64,000 bases of DNA from Lama guanicoe (taxonomy: Eukaryota), in assembly GCA_013239625.1 (NCBI GenBank), contig MU053629.1, positions 2,879,567 through 2,943,566 of the forward strand, read 5' to 3'. Shown in pieces: positions 52,540 to 64,000 of this stretch. The position numbers were made by a program, and so were the translations under genes. Position 1 is the stretch's first letter, and each line of letters starts with the position of its first letter. The notes below the pieces were generated by a model. It ran no database searches and had not been told where the DNA came from. It worked only from the letters and a program-made list of their open reading frames with translations.

Positions 52540-55379
52540 GGGGAGAAGCAAGATGATGGAGTAGAAGGATGCTGATAGCTCACCCTCTCCCACAAATACA
52601 CCAAAACTCATATGTACGGACCCACTCAGCCAGCCAGAGCACCTGCGGAACTCCAACAGAACATCACCCTCTTCGAAAGACAAAGATGCTAAAAGTCTGG
52701 TAGGAGAAAAGGAAAAAAGAAAGAAGAGAAAGCAAACCAGTGTGGGACCGGTTCCACGGGGAGGCAGTGGCAAAGAAGGACTAGTGCTCGTTTGCTGGGT
52801 CTCCCCCCTCCAATGGAGAGGCCAACGGGATGGAGGGGGCGCCTCGGAGGCCTAGATCTACCCCGAGCACCCCTTAACCAACAGAACTACGTTAAACGGG
52901 CACAGAGGGTCCCTGTGACACCCAGCCCGAGACGCGAGCTGGCAGCTGGGGGCCGGGCCAGGCTGCTGGAGCCGGGTGGAGGACTGGGGTGGCTGCACTG
53001 AGGCAGCCCCGGGGGACTGCAGGGTGCTGCGCGCCATGGCGGGGCGGGGATACGGAGCAGAACAACCTCTGTCCCTCATAAATTGTGGAAAAATGCAAAG
53101 CAACACAGCTTGTGTGCCCTGGGGGGAGGGGCACTGTAGCCTAGGTCTCCTCAGACCCATGGCGCCATTACTGGACCTTCTCAAGAGAGATGGGGCACAG
53201 CCTCCTGTGTGCAGCACCTGGGCAGGGGCGGGGCTGAGACCTGAATCCTCACCCGGGGGCTCCGCAACCTCCTAGGCAGGACTGAGACTTGTTTACAGCC
53301 TGAGGCAGATAGGATCTTTCTGCCCTGACACCTCAGAGAACTTGCACCGCCAAAACAAACAAGGAGCTGAGATTTGGCATGGAGCAGGGCCACGGCTGTT
53401 CTGCAGTCCTCCCCGAGCTGGCCTATGGAGCACCGACTTGAGGCAGAGCGGGCAGCTGCACAGAGCAGCGGAGCGACCAGTGCCGGGAGAGGGCGGGCGG
53501 CCACCTGCCTTCCTGGCAGGAACGCAGCACCTGACTACAGTGCTAGAAGTGGGCACGATCCGCCCGCCTGCCTCTCCCGAGCACAGCATCTGACTGCAAC
53601 ATCGGGAGGGGTAGTGACCCGCCTGCCCACTGGTGCCAGAGTGATATGGGCAATATGAAGAAGCAGAGGAACCACTCCCAATTAAAAAATCAAGAGAAAT
53701 CCCTGACAGCACGATCAAGGAAATAGACATTGATGGCCTATTAGATCAAGATTTCAAAAAAAGAAGTGATCAAAGTACTGAAGGAACTAAAAAAAATAGT
53801 GTTTAGAGATATAAAACATGTCAAAAATGAAATAGAAGCTATAAAGAAGAACCAAGTAGAATTAGTAACTCATTTGCTGAGATGAGAGCTGACCTAAAAG
53901 CTGTACAAAGCAAGCTAGATAATGCAGAGGAACATATAAGTAATAACCTAGAAGACAAGACAACAGAAAGCACCCAATGAGAACAGCTGAGAGAAAAACA
54001 ATGAAAACAATATAAGGGACCTATGGGCTAATATAAAGTGTGCCAATCAACGCATAATAGGGGTTCCAGGAGGGGAAGAAAGAACAAAGGGGATTGAAAA
54101 GGCATTTGAAGAAATCATGACTGAAAACTTCCCAAACCTAAAGAAGGAATCAGATATCCAAGTACAGGAGGCGCAGAGGGTCCCAAACAGGAAGATCCCA
54201 AATAGACCCACACCAAGACATATCATAATCAAGATGGCCAGAGTCAAGATGGCCAGAGGATAAAGAAATGATCCTAAAGGCAGCAAGAGAAAAACAAAGA
54301 GTGAGTTACAAGGGAACCCCCATAAGGCTCTCAGCTGATTTCTTTACACAAACACTACAGGCCAGAAGGGAATGGCAAGATATATTCAGAGTCCTAAATG
54401 AAAAAAAGATGCAGCCTAGGATACTCTATCCAGCAAGGCTATCCTTTAGAACAGAAGGAGAGATAAAGAACTTCACAGACAAGCAAAAACTAAGAGTTTA
54501 GCAACACTAAACCCATGCTAAAAGAAATACTGACAGGTCTATTCTGAATAGAAAAGAAGCAGGATGCTACAAAAATGAGAAACTCATAACTGGAAAGGAG
54601 ATAACTGCCATGAATTACAAATAGAATAAACACAAAATTGTAAAAGAAGACATCTAAATCATTAAGAGTGGGAAAGAGAAGCAAGGAAAGCCACTGTGGA
54701 AAATGGTATGGAGATTCCTCAAAATACTAGGAATAGACTTACCGTATGACCCAGGAATCCCACTCCTGGGCATATATCCAGAAGGAACCCTACTTCAAAA
54801 AGACACCTGCACCCCAATGTTCATAGCAGCACTATTTACAATAGCCAAGACATGGAAACAGCTTAAATGTCCATCAACAGATGATTGGATAAAGAAAAGG
54901 TGGTGTATTTATACAATGGAATACTATTCAGCCACAAAAACCAACAACATGACGCCATTTGCAGCAAAGTGAATGTTCTTGGAGAATGTCATTCTGGGTG
55001 GAGTAGGCTAGAAAGAGACAGAAAAATACCGTATGAGATCGCTCATATGTGGAATCTAAAACAAAAATAAAAAGAAAGAACATAAATACAAAACAGAAAT
55101 AGACTCATAGACATAGAATACAAACTTGTGGTTGCCAAGGGGGCGGGGGGGGTGGGAAGGGACAGACTGGAATTTTAAATTGTAGAATAGATAAACAAGA
55201 TTATACTGTATAGCACAGGGAAACATATACAGGATCTTGTGGTAGCTCACAGCAAAAAAAAATGTGACAATGAATATATGTATGTTCATGTATAACTGAA
55301 AAATTGTGCTCTACACTGGAATTTGACACAACATTGTAAAATGACTATTACTCAATTAAAAAAAAGTTTAAAAAAAAAA
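52540..55379 (+). mobile_element. Relatively young L1-derived element: GC-rich 5' UTR, disrupted ORF1 (about 53646-54547), only the C-terminal end of ORF2 (from about 54690), 3' UTR and poly(A)
   Basis: ORF1 peptide ILKAAREKQRVSYKGTPIRLSADF...LYPARLSF; ORF2 end WRFLK.LGIDLPYDPGIPLLGIYP...YTMEYYSA; TSD AAAAA(G/A)GATACCAG at a TT/AAAA site. Confidence 0.92.
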
Positions 55380-56702
55380 GATACCAGAATTTCACTGTAA
55401 ACGTTGACAAAAAGATTTGATTGGAATTTTGTCTTGACAGGGGACATTTAAAATTATGAATAAATTTTTTGTCTTATATATAGCAAAATTTGATTGTATT
55501 TTTGCATGCTTCAAAGAAAAGAATTCATCAAATTTTGAACTTACTGGTGAAATTTTTCTGGCAAAATTATACAGTAACACTATATACCATTCTTTTTCAC
55601 ATTTGACTTCACAGCAGGATTGCAAAGCAGGTCATTTTTGTGAAAATATTAGAGGGTTTCTTCAGTCTTTGCAGGGGCCTCTTTTACTCACTTGATATTT
55701 AAACCATACTCTTTTGAGGCATCTGCAGTGTCATCCTTGTTGGTAGCTTGCCTAACTCTGGCAGTTCTCCAGGGCACTACTTGTATTTAATAGGCAGGGA
55801 AGCAGGAATCCTAAACCTTCTATAATGTACGGGACAAAGACTTGTACGGCCCGAGATGTCAGTGGTTCCCCTGATTGAGAAACACTGCAGATAGGAATGT
55901 AGGAATGCAAGACCTCAAGTGAGCATCAGTGTGAAAAGTAAAGGATAGTAAATGATGGACCACTCCAAATTGAAACCACATTTGTTGACCTCATATAAGT
56001 AGTAACTGTTATTTTAAATTGTTATATAATATTCCATGAGCTAAATATACCCTAGTTTACTCAAATTTTCTGTACTCTTAGGCTTAGACCATTTCTACTT
56101 CAGTGCACTTAGAAACAGGTAGTATTTCTATCTTGTTCCTAAAATTTTTTTCTTCTTTCATTTTAGACTTTTTGCTTAGGATAGTTTCTCAGAATAAGAA
56201 TTATTAGGATTAAATGTATAAATACAGTTAAGATTTTTGAAAATTAATTTTATTTCAATACTTTTGTACCTCTGCATTTATGTATAATTGTACAATTTTT
56301 GAGATTTTAAAAGGCTCGATTGCATTCAATATATGTGATACAGTTTTAGTTTATTGATGAGATAATGGATCTGAAAAAAATTATTATTTAAGTGCCAGAT
56401 ACATAGATTTTTCAGCATGTAATAACTGAGTGAAGTCTAGGTATGCTTTATTTCTGGCCTTTTAAAATTGAGAAGGGCATACAGTGTTTATGTGTTAACT
56501 CTCTGGTAACCAGTAGAATTTATTATCCAGGCTCACGGAGTTCTGCTGTCCTCCAGCTTAGTTGGATAGTGAACTTGAATTTGAGTGGATATTTATTATA
56601 CTTTTCCTAAAATTCCTTTCATGTAAGGAGTGAGCTAATTTGCGAAGTAATTCTCTTGGAGTTTGCCAGTGGATTTACCCTTAATGTGTATTTGTCCCAC
56701 AG

Positions 56703-56830
56703 AGTCCTTCTATGACACATTCCACACCATGGCTGACATGATGTATTTCTGCCAGATGCTGTCAACTGTGGAAACTATCAATGCAGCAATTGGAGTCACT
56801 AAGTCACCAGTGACGCCTTCTCTTATCCAG
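56703..56830 (+). CDS. HACD3: HACD3 exon 7: (E)SFYDTFHTMADMMYFCQMLSTVETINAAIGVTKSPVTPSLIQ
   Basis: 128 nt; cccacag| and |gtatcg. Confidence 0.95.
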
Positions 56831-58145
56831 GTATCGTATAGTTGAGCTCAAGGGTGGAGAACAAAAGATTTTAATGTTTGTTTAGTAGACAGACTTTGGC
56901 CATTTCAGGTCTATTCACTGTTTATAGTATCTTCATGGAATCACAAAGTTATAAAAAGAGCCTTAAAACCAAGGAAGCTTGATTCTCAGGCAGGAGTGGA
57001 AAATCCTCCCCTCAGTCTTCAGAGATAGGGACGTGCTTGGCCTTCTCCCACCCTGGGTTGATGGAGGTAGTGTAATACCTAGGAATTCTTTTCACTTTGG
57101 TGACTCTTCTGACTCATGGGGGGAGTTTCCTCACATCTGTGTTGTTTCCTGATATTTGGAAGATTGCTTTCAGGCACGGGGCATCAAAATCTTCCAGCCT
57201 CCTTGCCCTGTTTCCTAGCCATGCAATTACACGTTATTAAATACCACCCACCCAGACTCAGGGGGAACCAAGTGATTGTTGGTTAGTCTCTTCTAGAAAT
57301 TCTTTTTATAGTTTGCCCTTTATTGGCATACTAGCTCTGGCATTCCGATAGTGTCAGCTGCATGGTGAAGGGTGTTAATACAATAGCCTTGTTATTTCTA
57401 GGGTTTCTGTCCTTGGAAAGAGACTGTTTTGTTTAGTTTAAAAAAAATAAAAGGGGATAATGAGTGACCACTAATACGGAATAATAATTTTTGTATATCA
57501 AAGACTAGTACAAGTAAGCATCAGCTTAGAATTTCTAGGACAAGATAGATGGGACAGGTTCAGTGTCATCACACTGCATGGCTCCAGCGAGTGCCACTCG
57601 TGTAGAATGCAAGGTAAGTGAAGCCTTCTGGAGCTGGGCAATGCCATGTCGTCAACAGGGATGAATCTCGGGAATATAGCATTGGTCACAGAATAATACA
57701 TATAGCGTATTTCAGAAAGTTTAAAAACAGGCAAAATGAAACCTACTGTTTGAGGAGTACATACATAAGCAGTAAGCCTGTAAAGACAAGCAGTGGGATG
57801 GTTAACACGAGGTAGTGGTTACTTACGGGGTAAGCGGGTGGTGCCACACTGGTAATGTTCTGTTTCTTCACTTGGGTTATGCAGACACAAGTGTTCGTCT
57901 GCCAGTGTTCTTTAAACTGTGTTTGAATGCGTGTGTGTATTTTAAAAAATATACTATTTATGATGATATATTTTTACACCCACACATCTATCCAGAAAGA
58001 CTGGTATGGGCAATTTAACTTGTCCCAAGTTGTTCTCAGTCTTTTTCTGTTTACCTTGAATTTAGATTTCAGATAACACATTTAAGTGGGTTTTTTAAAA
58101 AATAGATTTTTAAACTTCTTTCTCTCTTTTGGGTCCTTTTCATAG

Positions 58146-58258
58146 CTTTTTGGAAGAAATTTCACTTTGTTTATCATCTTTGGCACCATGGAAGAAATGC
58201 AGAACAAAGCTGTGGTTTTCTTTGTGTTCTATATGTGGAGCATAGTTGAAATTTTCAG
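58146..58258 (+). CDS. HACD3: HACD3 exon 8: LFGRNFTLFIIFGTMEEMQNKAVVFFVFYMWSIVEIF(R)
   Basis: 113 nt; ttcatag| and |gtgggt; PTPLA WS..E..RY motif. Confidence 0.95.
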
Positions 58259-59458
58259 GTGGGTAGAAATGCCAGGGTGGTGTCTGAGGGCTTCTCGCAC
58301 TCTGGAGCAGCTCTCTCCTTGAGGGAGCTGCTGTCTTTCCCAGAGCCTCATTTGGTTTGAGATTAAGTTTCCATGTGTGGAGAGTTCTGCCTGCCTCTAT
58401 GTGCTCTGCAAAGGTGAGGCCGAGGTTTTGTTTTTTTTTTTAAGCAATCAGTGGATCATAATATCAGCCTGGGCACTGGGGAGCAGAGGGAAAGATCCAG
58501 AGAAATGAAAGGTCCATCTTACCCTTCAGGATCTTGCTGTCTAGTTGGTAAGGGAGGACTCATTTACATGGAGAAATTCTTGAAAGGGCTGAAGAAACAT
58601 GAGGTCGAAGGAGCAACCAGGTTGGATGGAACTAGTGAAGACCAGCCTTCTAGAAGGGATGATAGAAATGAATCTTTTACTAGAAGATTGCTGAAGTTTG
58701 AATTGACCTCTTATCTGCTTCTTCTATTCTCAGGTGTCAATAGAAGAAATATCTTAAAAAAAATCCAATTAAAGTAGGTGTGTGTTCTTCTCTACCAGAC
58801 CATACATGTTATGTACTTTTTCCCTTTTCAGTCAAGTGGAGCATTGGCTTTCCAAACTGACTCCTCAGCTCCAGGTTTGGTGGTATTTTGAGACAGCGAA
58901 CAGGTGTTAGCAGCCCTAGACTGTAGTCTGTAACCATGACCCCCAGTATACTCTCTAATCTACTTAACAGAAAGGCAAACGAGATTACGGGTATTTAATA
59001 TTAACTTCTACTGTTTGGGAAGAAACAGATTTCTTTTTTAATGTCACCTCTTTAAATAGATTATGCCTGATTGTAGATTAGAGGTCTTTTGTATACTTTA
59101 ATTTTGGTCATGTTCATTTATGCAGGGAGAGAGTGTCTGTCAAAGTAATTGTCATCTTTACCTTTTTTGGAACATAGATCAGAACTAGGAATAAAGCCAA
59201 AAGGCTTCTGAGCATCTGCTCCATTACTGAAAATTTTCAAAAAGGCTTCCTTTGAGACCTAAACTTAGTCTCCCATTATGGAGAATCCATACCCTTTGAA
59301 GACTGGAGGAGGAGCGTGTTGGGAGCTTATAATGCTGGATTAGAATTCTGGTCTGAAGAAGCTGTGTGTGGCTAACTGTGAGGCTAACTATTCTTCTCGA
59401 ATGATGTCCTAGGGTTGCACTCACTGGCTTTTAATGTGTGAATTCCTTATTTCAATAG

Positions 59459-59565
59459 GTACCCCTTCTACATGCTTTCCTGCATTGACATGGATTGGAA
59501 GGTGCTCACATGGCTTCGTTACACGATGTGGATTCCCTTATATCCTCTGGGATGTTTGGCAGAAG
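59459..59565 (+). CDS. HACD3: HACD3 exon 9: YPFYMLSCIDMDWKVLTWLRYTMWIPLYPLGCLAE
   Basis: 107 nt; caatag| and |gtactt; carries the Phs1/HACD catalytic Tyr-x6-Glu (Y286, E293 by my count). Confidence 0.96.
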
Positions 59566-60130
59566 GTACTTCCAGGAATTCGAGGTTTTAAAATTTAGCT
59601 CTAAGGGACAGCTAAGCTGACAGGCGAGACCTTTCTTCCTCCCTCCGCTAGCCTTAGTCTGACATATGGGTGTTGGACTTTGACAGAATTTCCTTCTAGT
59701 GGCTCCTTTCCATAATACTCCTGGTAACCAGACTGTTCCAAGGAAGTGGCTCATACTGCTGAGGTTTAGAAGCTGGCTGGTCATGCATTGCATGCTTCCT
59801 ATTTATATGGAATTTTTAATTTCCTAAAGCAAGGTCATATTGATGATTTCATTTTATTCTAACAAACACCTAGTGAGTGGGTCAGGTAGGGATTTTTCTC
59901 TCCATTTTATAGAATATGTCAAATGACTGTTCTTCATTTTTCTGTCCATTGTCAGCTTGGAGGCTTATCTCTTAGGAAAGCTAGGGGAAGAAAGAAGAGC
60001 CATTTGTGCAAAGGGAGGAGGAAGCATTTTCAACAAACCCCAAACTGAAATTTTGAGGGGATAGAAGATTCTGTCAGTAGGTGTGAATGTATTTGATTTG
60101 TTTCTGAAAAGTTCTTGTTTCTCCTTTCAG

Positions 60131-60262
60131 CTGTCTCAGTGATCCAGTCCATTCCAGTATTTAATGAAACAGGAAGATTCAGCTTCACATTGCCATATCC
60201 AGTGAAAATCAAAGTTAGATTTTCCTTTTTTCTTCAGATTTATCTCATAATAATATTTTTAG
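60131..60262 (+). CDS. HACD3: HACD3 exon 10: (A)VSVIQSIPVFNETGRFSFTLPYPVKIKVRFSFFLQIYLIIIFL
   Basis: 132 nt; ctttcag| and |gtaagt. Confidence 0.96.
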
Positions 60263-61011
60263 GTAAGTATTGGCTCGCTAATACTTTTCCCTGTTACTTC
60301 ATGGAGGGTAGAGTTAAGTGATGCAAAGTTTTTAAAGTCCTTACTAGAATTTTTATTTCCAAGAGAGTAGTAGTAAGTTAGAAAACAATTACTTTGCAGA
60401 ACAGATCCATTAGGAGAATATGCTATGTGTGGAAGTATTTCTTCCTTCCATCTCTAGTGGTTATCTTCTTGAAATGCTCTTGGTCAGTGAATTTATCATA
60501 AGATATTTCATGTTTAAAACAATGTAAGAAGCTCTTTTAAAACTGAATGAAAAGTTCATTTTACTTTTACTAACTTCAGTAGCACAGTGCTTATCTGGAG
60601 TTTACAGAGGTGGTCCTACAGGTGGCAGCAAGGAAGCAAGAAGGCAATAGTGGCCTCCAGTAGCCAAGAGATGTCAGAAAGCTTTCTACCTAACAATAGG
60701 AAAGCCCCTTACTCCTCATGTACAACCTTGCTTATTTATAAGTTTACCTTTATATAAAATCACAAATTCTTGCCTTAACTCAAAAAAACTAAGAACTAAA
60801 AGACGGGAAAAAGAAGTAAACCTAAATTATTGCAAATATGAGAGATTTAAAAGCCTTCCTAACTAGGAGAACTGTTCACTTTATATAAAGTTCTAGCGTA
60901 CTTTAATGTAATTATATGGATTTCTCCCTGCTTTATGTCACAAAAGTCCTGAGGTGGCCTTAATTATGGCCGTCTGGTCTCCTAGGAACAGAAGGTTGTG
61001 ACAGCAGATAG

Positions 61012-61692
61012 TATATTAGTTATCTATTGCTGTGTAACGAATTACCCCAAAACTTAACAGCTTAAGACAACAAATGTTTATTATCTCACATGTATTCTGA
61101 GGGCCAGGAAGCAGCCTAGCTAGTGGCCCTGACTCAGGAGCCCTCATGAGGTTTCAGTCAGGCTGTCAGGTCAGCTGGGGCTACACTTCCTGTAGGCTTG
61201 ACTGAGGCTGGAGGATCTCCTGCAAGCTCAGTCATGTAGCTGCAGACAGGAGGCTTCAGTTTCCTGTCGTAGTACTGTCCATGTGGCTACTGATGACAAG
61301 GCTTCTCCCCAAAGCAAGTGATCTGAGAGAAAGGTAGAAGCCACACTACCTTTTTTTTTTGCAGGGGGTTGGGGGGAGCTTAAAAATTTTTATTTATTAT
61401 TGAACTGTATTTGACATATAATACTGTATAAATTTAAGGTATATAATATGTTGATTTGATACACTTATAAACTGTAATATGATTTCCATTGTAGTGACAA
61501 TTAGCACTTCTAGCATGTCCACACTGCTTTTTATAACCTAATCTCAGAAGTGACAGACTGTCACTTTTGCTGGATTCTGCTGTTGGTTACACAGATCAAC
61601 CTCGTACGATGTGGCAGGGGATTACACAAGTGCATGAAATACCGGGAGGTAGGGATCACTGGGGACCAGCTTGGACGCTGGCTACCCCAGAC
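61012..61692 (-). mobile_element. MLT1 (MaLR) LTR remnant with a nested antisense L1 3' end (about 61351-61518)
   Basis: TTAGTTATCTATTGCTGTGTAACGAATTACCCCAAAACTTA start; nested piece flanked by CCACACTACCTTTT / CCACACTGCTTTTT. Confidence 0.75.
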
Positions 61693-62038
61693 AGTGAGAG
61701 GGAGACTACAAAGAGTAAACTCAAGAAGTTGGAAAGCCCAGTGTTCTTGGTCATTTGGGGAGAAGAGACCTCTACCCTTTAGGAGCCCCTCTGGGGGTCG
61801 GCTATTTCAGAAAGGGTATATAACCCATGCCAGAAATATTTCTAACCAAAAATGTTAAAATGTTTGGTGCTTGAAGGGATTAAGCTTCAATTTGGAAAAT
61901 ATATTCATTAAAAGAGCTATTACTTGATAAATCTAGTATTACTGTAATTAGGCTCCATGAGGTGAGCCTACTGAAAGTGTTAAAAAGGAATAAGTATTGG
62001 AAAGACCCTCAACATATTTTACTAAAAATGCTAGAAGC

Positions 62039-62195
62039 GGGTAGGGTATAGCCCAGGGGTAGAGCACATGCTTAGCATGCACAAGGTCCTGAGTTCAATC
62101 CCCAGTACTTCCACCCAAAAAATAAAAATAAATAATTAAAAAGTAAATAAATAAACTTAATTATCACCTAAAAAACCAAACACACAAAAAATTTA
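62039..62195 (+). mobile_element. tRNA-derived SINE (Vic-1-like)
   Basis: Same head; GCTAGAAG repeated on both flanks. Confidence 0.85.
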
Positions 62196-63122
62196 AAAGC
62201 TAGAAGAGTAGACATACTTTAATGTGCACTAACCTTAGTGGCTTTTTCTTGTGTTACGCTGTTGCACGTTCTAATTAACAAGGTTCTGTACCCATATTTA
62301 GTTTGCCTGCAATGAATATGTAGTTGTTCTTATTCTTCAGAATGAAATAAACTGTAAGTCGACATAATTTAGAAGCAGCATAACAACAGTCCCATTTGTG
62401 TTTTTCTGAAGACACGTTCTCTCACAATAAATGTAAAATAAGTATTTTTAATTGTATTGTATGATGAGGAAGCTAGGGTGAGGCTAAGCCACAGAACTAC
62501 TCAGCAATCACATAGGACTGACATTTTTTTCTGGCTCTGAAATCCTGTTTTCTAGTTCACTGAATTGTGCTTTCTAGGAAAGTGTCTCATACCTTTTAAG
62601 CTGTTGCTTAATACATGTTATTGCATAGCCTTGAATTAAAAATTGTCTTGTCTCCATTTCAGATTTGTGTATTTCATTTTATATAAATCGTACCTTAAAG
62701 AAAAAAAAGAATATCAAACTCTAATGAAATTTTTAGGAGTGGAGTATACTGATGTCTGCAATTTACATTGAAATACACAAAAAATTAGAAAGGAATGGGT
62801 AATATCATGAAATAAATATAATAAAAAAGTTAAAATTTAAATCTAGGTAGTGTTCACTGTACAATGATTTAATCTTTTGTATGTTTGAAATTTTTTGTAA
62901 TAAAATATGAGAGAAAATTAAAATTTAAAATCCACTGGGAAAAAATCGAGTTGTCTCTAGAAGCATTGTTAATATAGTTTGTTCTGAGTTGTACTTCTGA
63001 GCAACTCAGTAAGCCAGGGCTGGGATATGAAAAACAGACATCTTTCAGCCCTGCCCCAAGAGCTTCTGCTTATGAACAAGAACACAGATTCTTATTTCTA
63101 ATTGGCCTCTCTTCTTTTGCAG

Positions 63123-63199
63123 GGTTATACGTAAATTTCCGTCATCTCTATAAACAGCGCAGGCGGCGCTTTGGACAAAAAAAGAAAAAGATCCATTAA
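63123..63199 (+). CDS. HACD3: HACD3 exon 11 coding part: (G)LYVNFRHLYKQRRRRFGQKKKKIH*
   Basis: 77 nt; ttttgcag|; TAA at 63197-63199; exon lengths sum to 1089 nt (362 aa); KKxx ER-retrieval end. Confidence 0.96.
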
Positions 63200-64000
63200 A
63201 AAGAGATTTAGATGACTTCTTGCCAGTTTGAGCCTAATCTATAATTATTACAGTTTTACTTTCTTGTACTGATTTAAAAGGTTTTTTAAAGTTAAATGAT
63301 TAAATTCTCAGTGAGGCTGCCTTCCCTTTCCCACAGTAACATTCCTGAATTTACCATATAATCTTAGTGTAGTACTTGCATGACATGGACTCCTGATACC
63401 TGATGACAGGTTCATTCTTGTGTATTCTGTTAGTAACAGCAGAAGACAGCCCTCCCCTCCCCACTCCACGTCCAGTCAGTCTGTTTCACACAGGCCAGAG
63501 ACACTCCTTCAGTGCCCTGACCCTACCAGCTGCTGGCCATTCTTAAAGCTGGAATTTGTTTTTTCCAGCTACTGCTTGTGGGAAAAAACCAGCAAGACTA
63601 TGTTGCTGTATAGGTGGCTGTGAAGGTGACTCGGGCAGGACTTACTTTTTCTGTACCCAAGGGGCTACTTGTTAAGTGGGGTGGCATTGATTTTTTTGAA
63701 AATCAAGTTTGACTCAGTCATTGATAAAGCATTTCTGAGTCTGAGTGGGGCTGGAGGACACATGTTACCTCTGAATCTTTTGGCCTCTCTAACAACATCT
63801 TACCTGCGTGGGCACAGAGAGGCACAGAGTGATTTGAGAGAAACCAGTCAGAGCCCTGGAACACCATGATCACTTACTTCATTCCTAGCTAAATCAGAAC
63901 TATTTTCAATAGTAAAGAAAGATGAAAGAGTTTGAAAACAATGAGATTCTAAGAGTTTCAAAGCCAAATGGCATTACAGGGATCAGAAGGGTCAAACTAG
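63200..64000 (+). other. HACD3: HACD3 3' UTR, probably continuing past the window
   Basis: Follows the stop codon; no AATAAA seen in this stretch. Confidence 0.75.

Noticed and set aside
52792..53730. GC-rich island with many ORFs that looked like a third gene promoter
   Set aside because: It is the 5' UTR of the TSD-bounded L1 element.
60611..60631. CTCF-like TGGTCCTACAGGTGGCAGCA
   Set aside because: Mismatches at core positions; cannot be supported without a PWM score or ChIP data.

Overview
Mammalian genomic DNA, most likely a camelid (five tRNA-derived SINEs resembling camelid Vic-1; no Alu, BovB or PRE-1 seen). Two genes lie head to head. On the minus strand is the 5' part of DPP8: non-coding exon 1 in a CpG island, an alternative N-terminal exon (MWKRSEQMKIQS), and five coding exons to codon 276; the gene runs off the left edge. 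On the plus strand is the complete HACD3 (PTPLAD1) CDS: 11 exons, 1089 nt, 362 aa, CS/p23-like domain plus PTPLA dehydratase domain, C-terminal KKxx, and one GC-AG intron. The rest is intron and intergenic DNA rich in L1, L2, MIR, ERVL/MaLR LTRs, DNA-transposon fossils and a truncated U6 copy. I found no convincing new biological system. The best leads are a TSD-flanked, internally deleted 'half-L1'-like element in HACD3 intron 6, consensus in-frame cryptic donors inside HACD3 exon 4, and stacked uORF/G-quadruplex features in the DPP8 leader. Gene identities rest on recalled mammalian protein sequences; repeat names and boundaries were judged by eye and are approximate.
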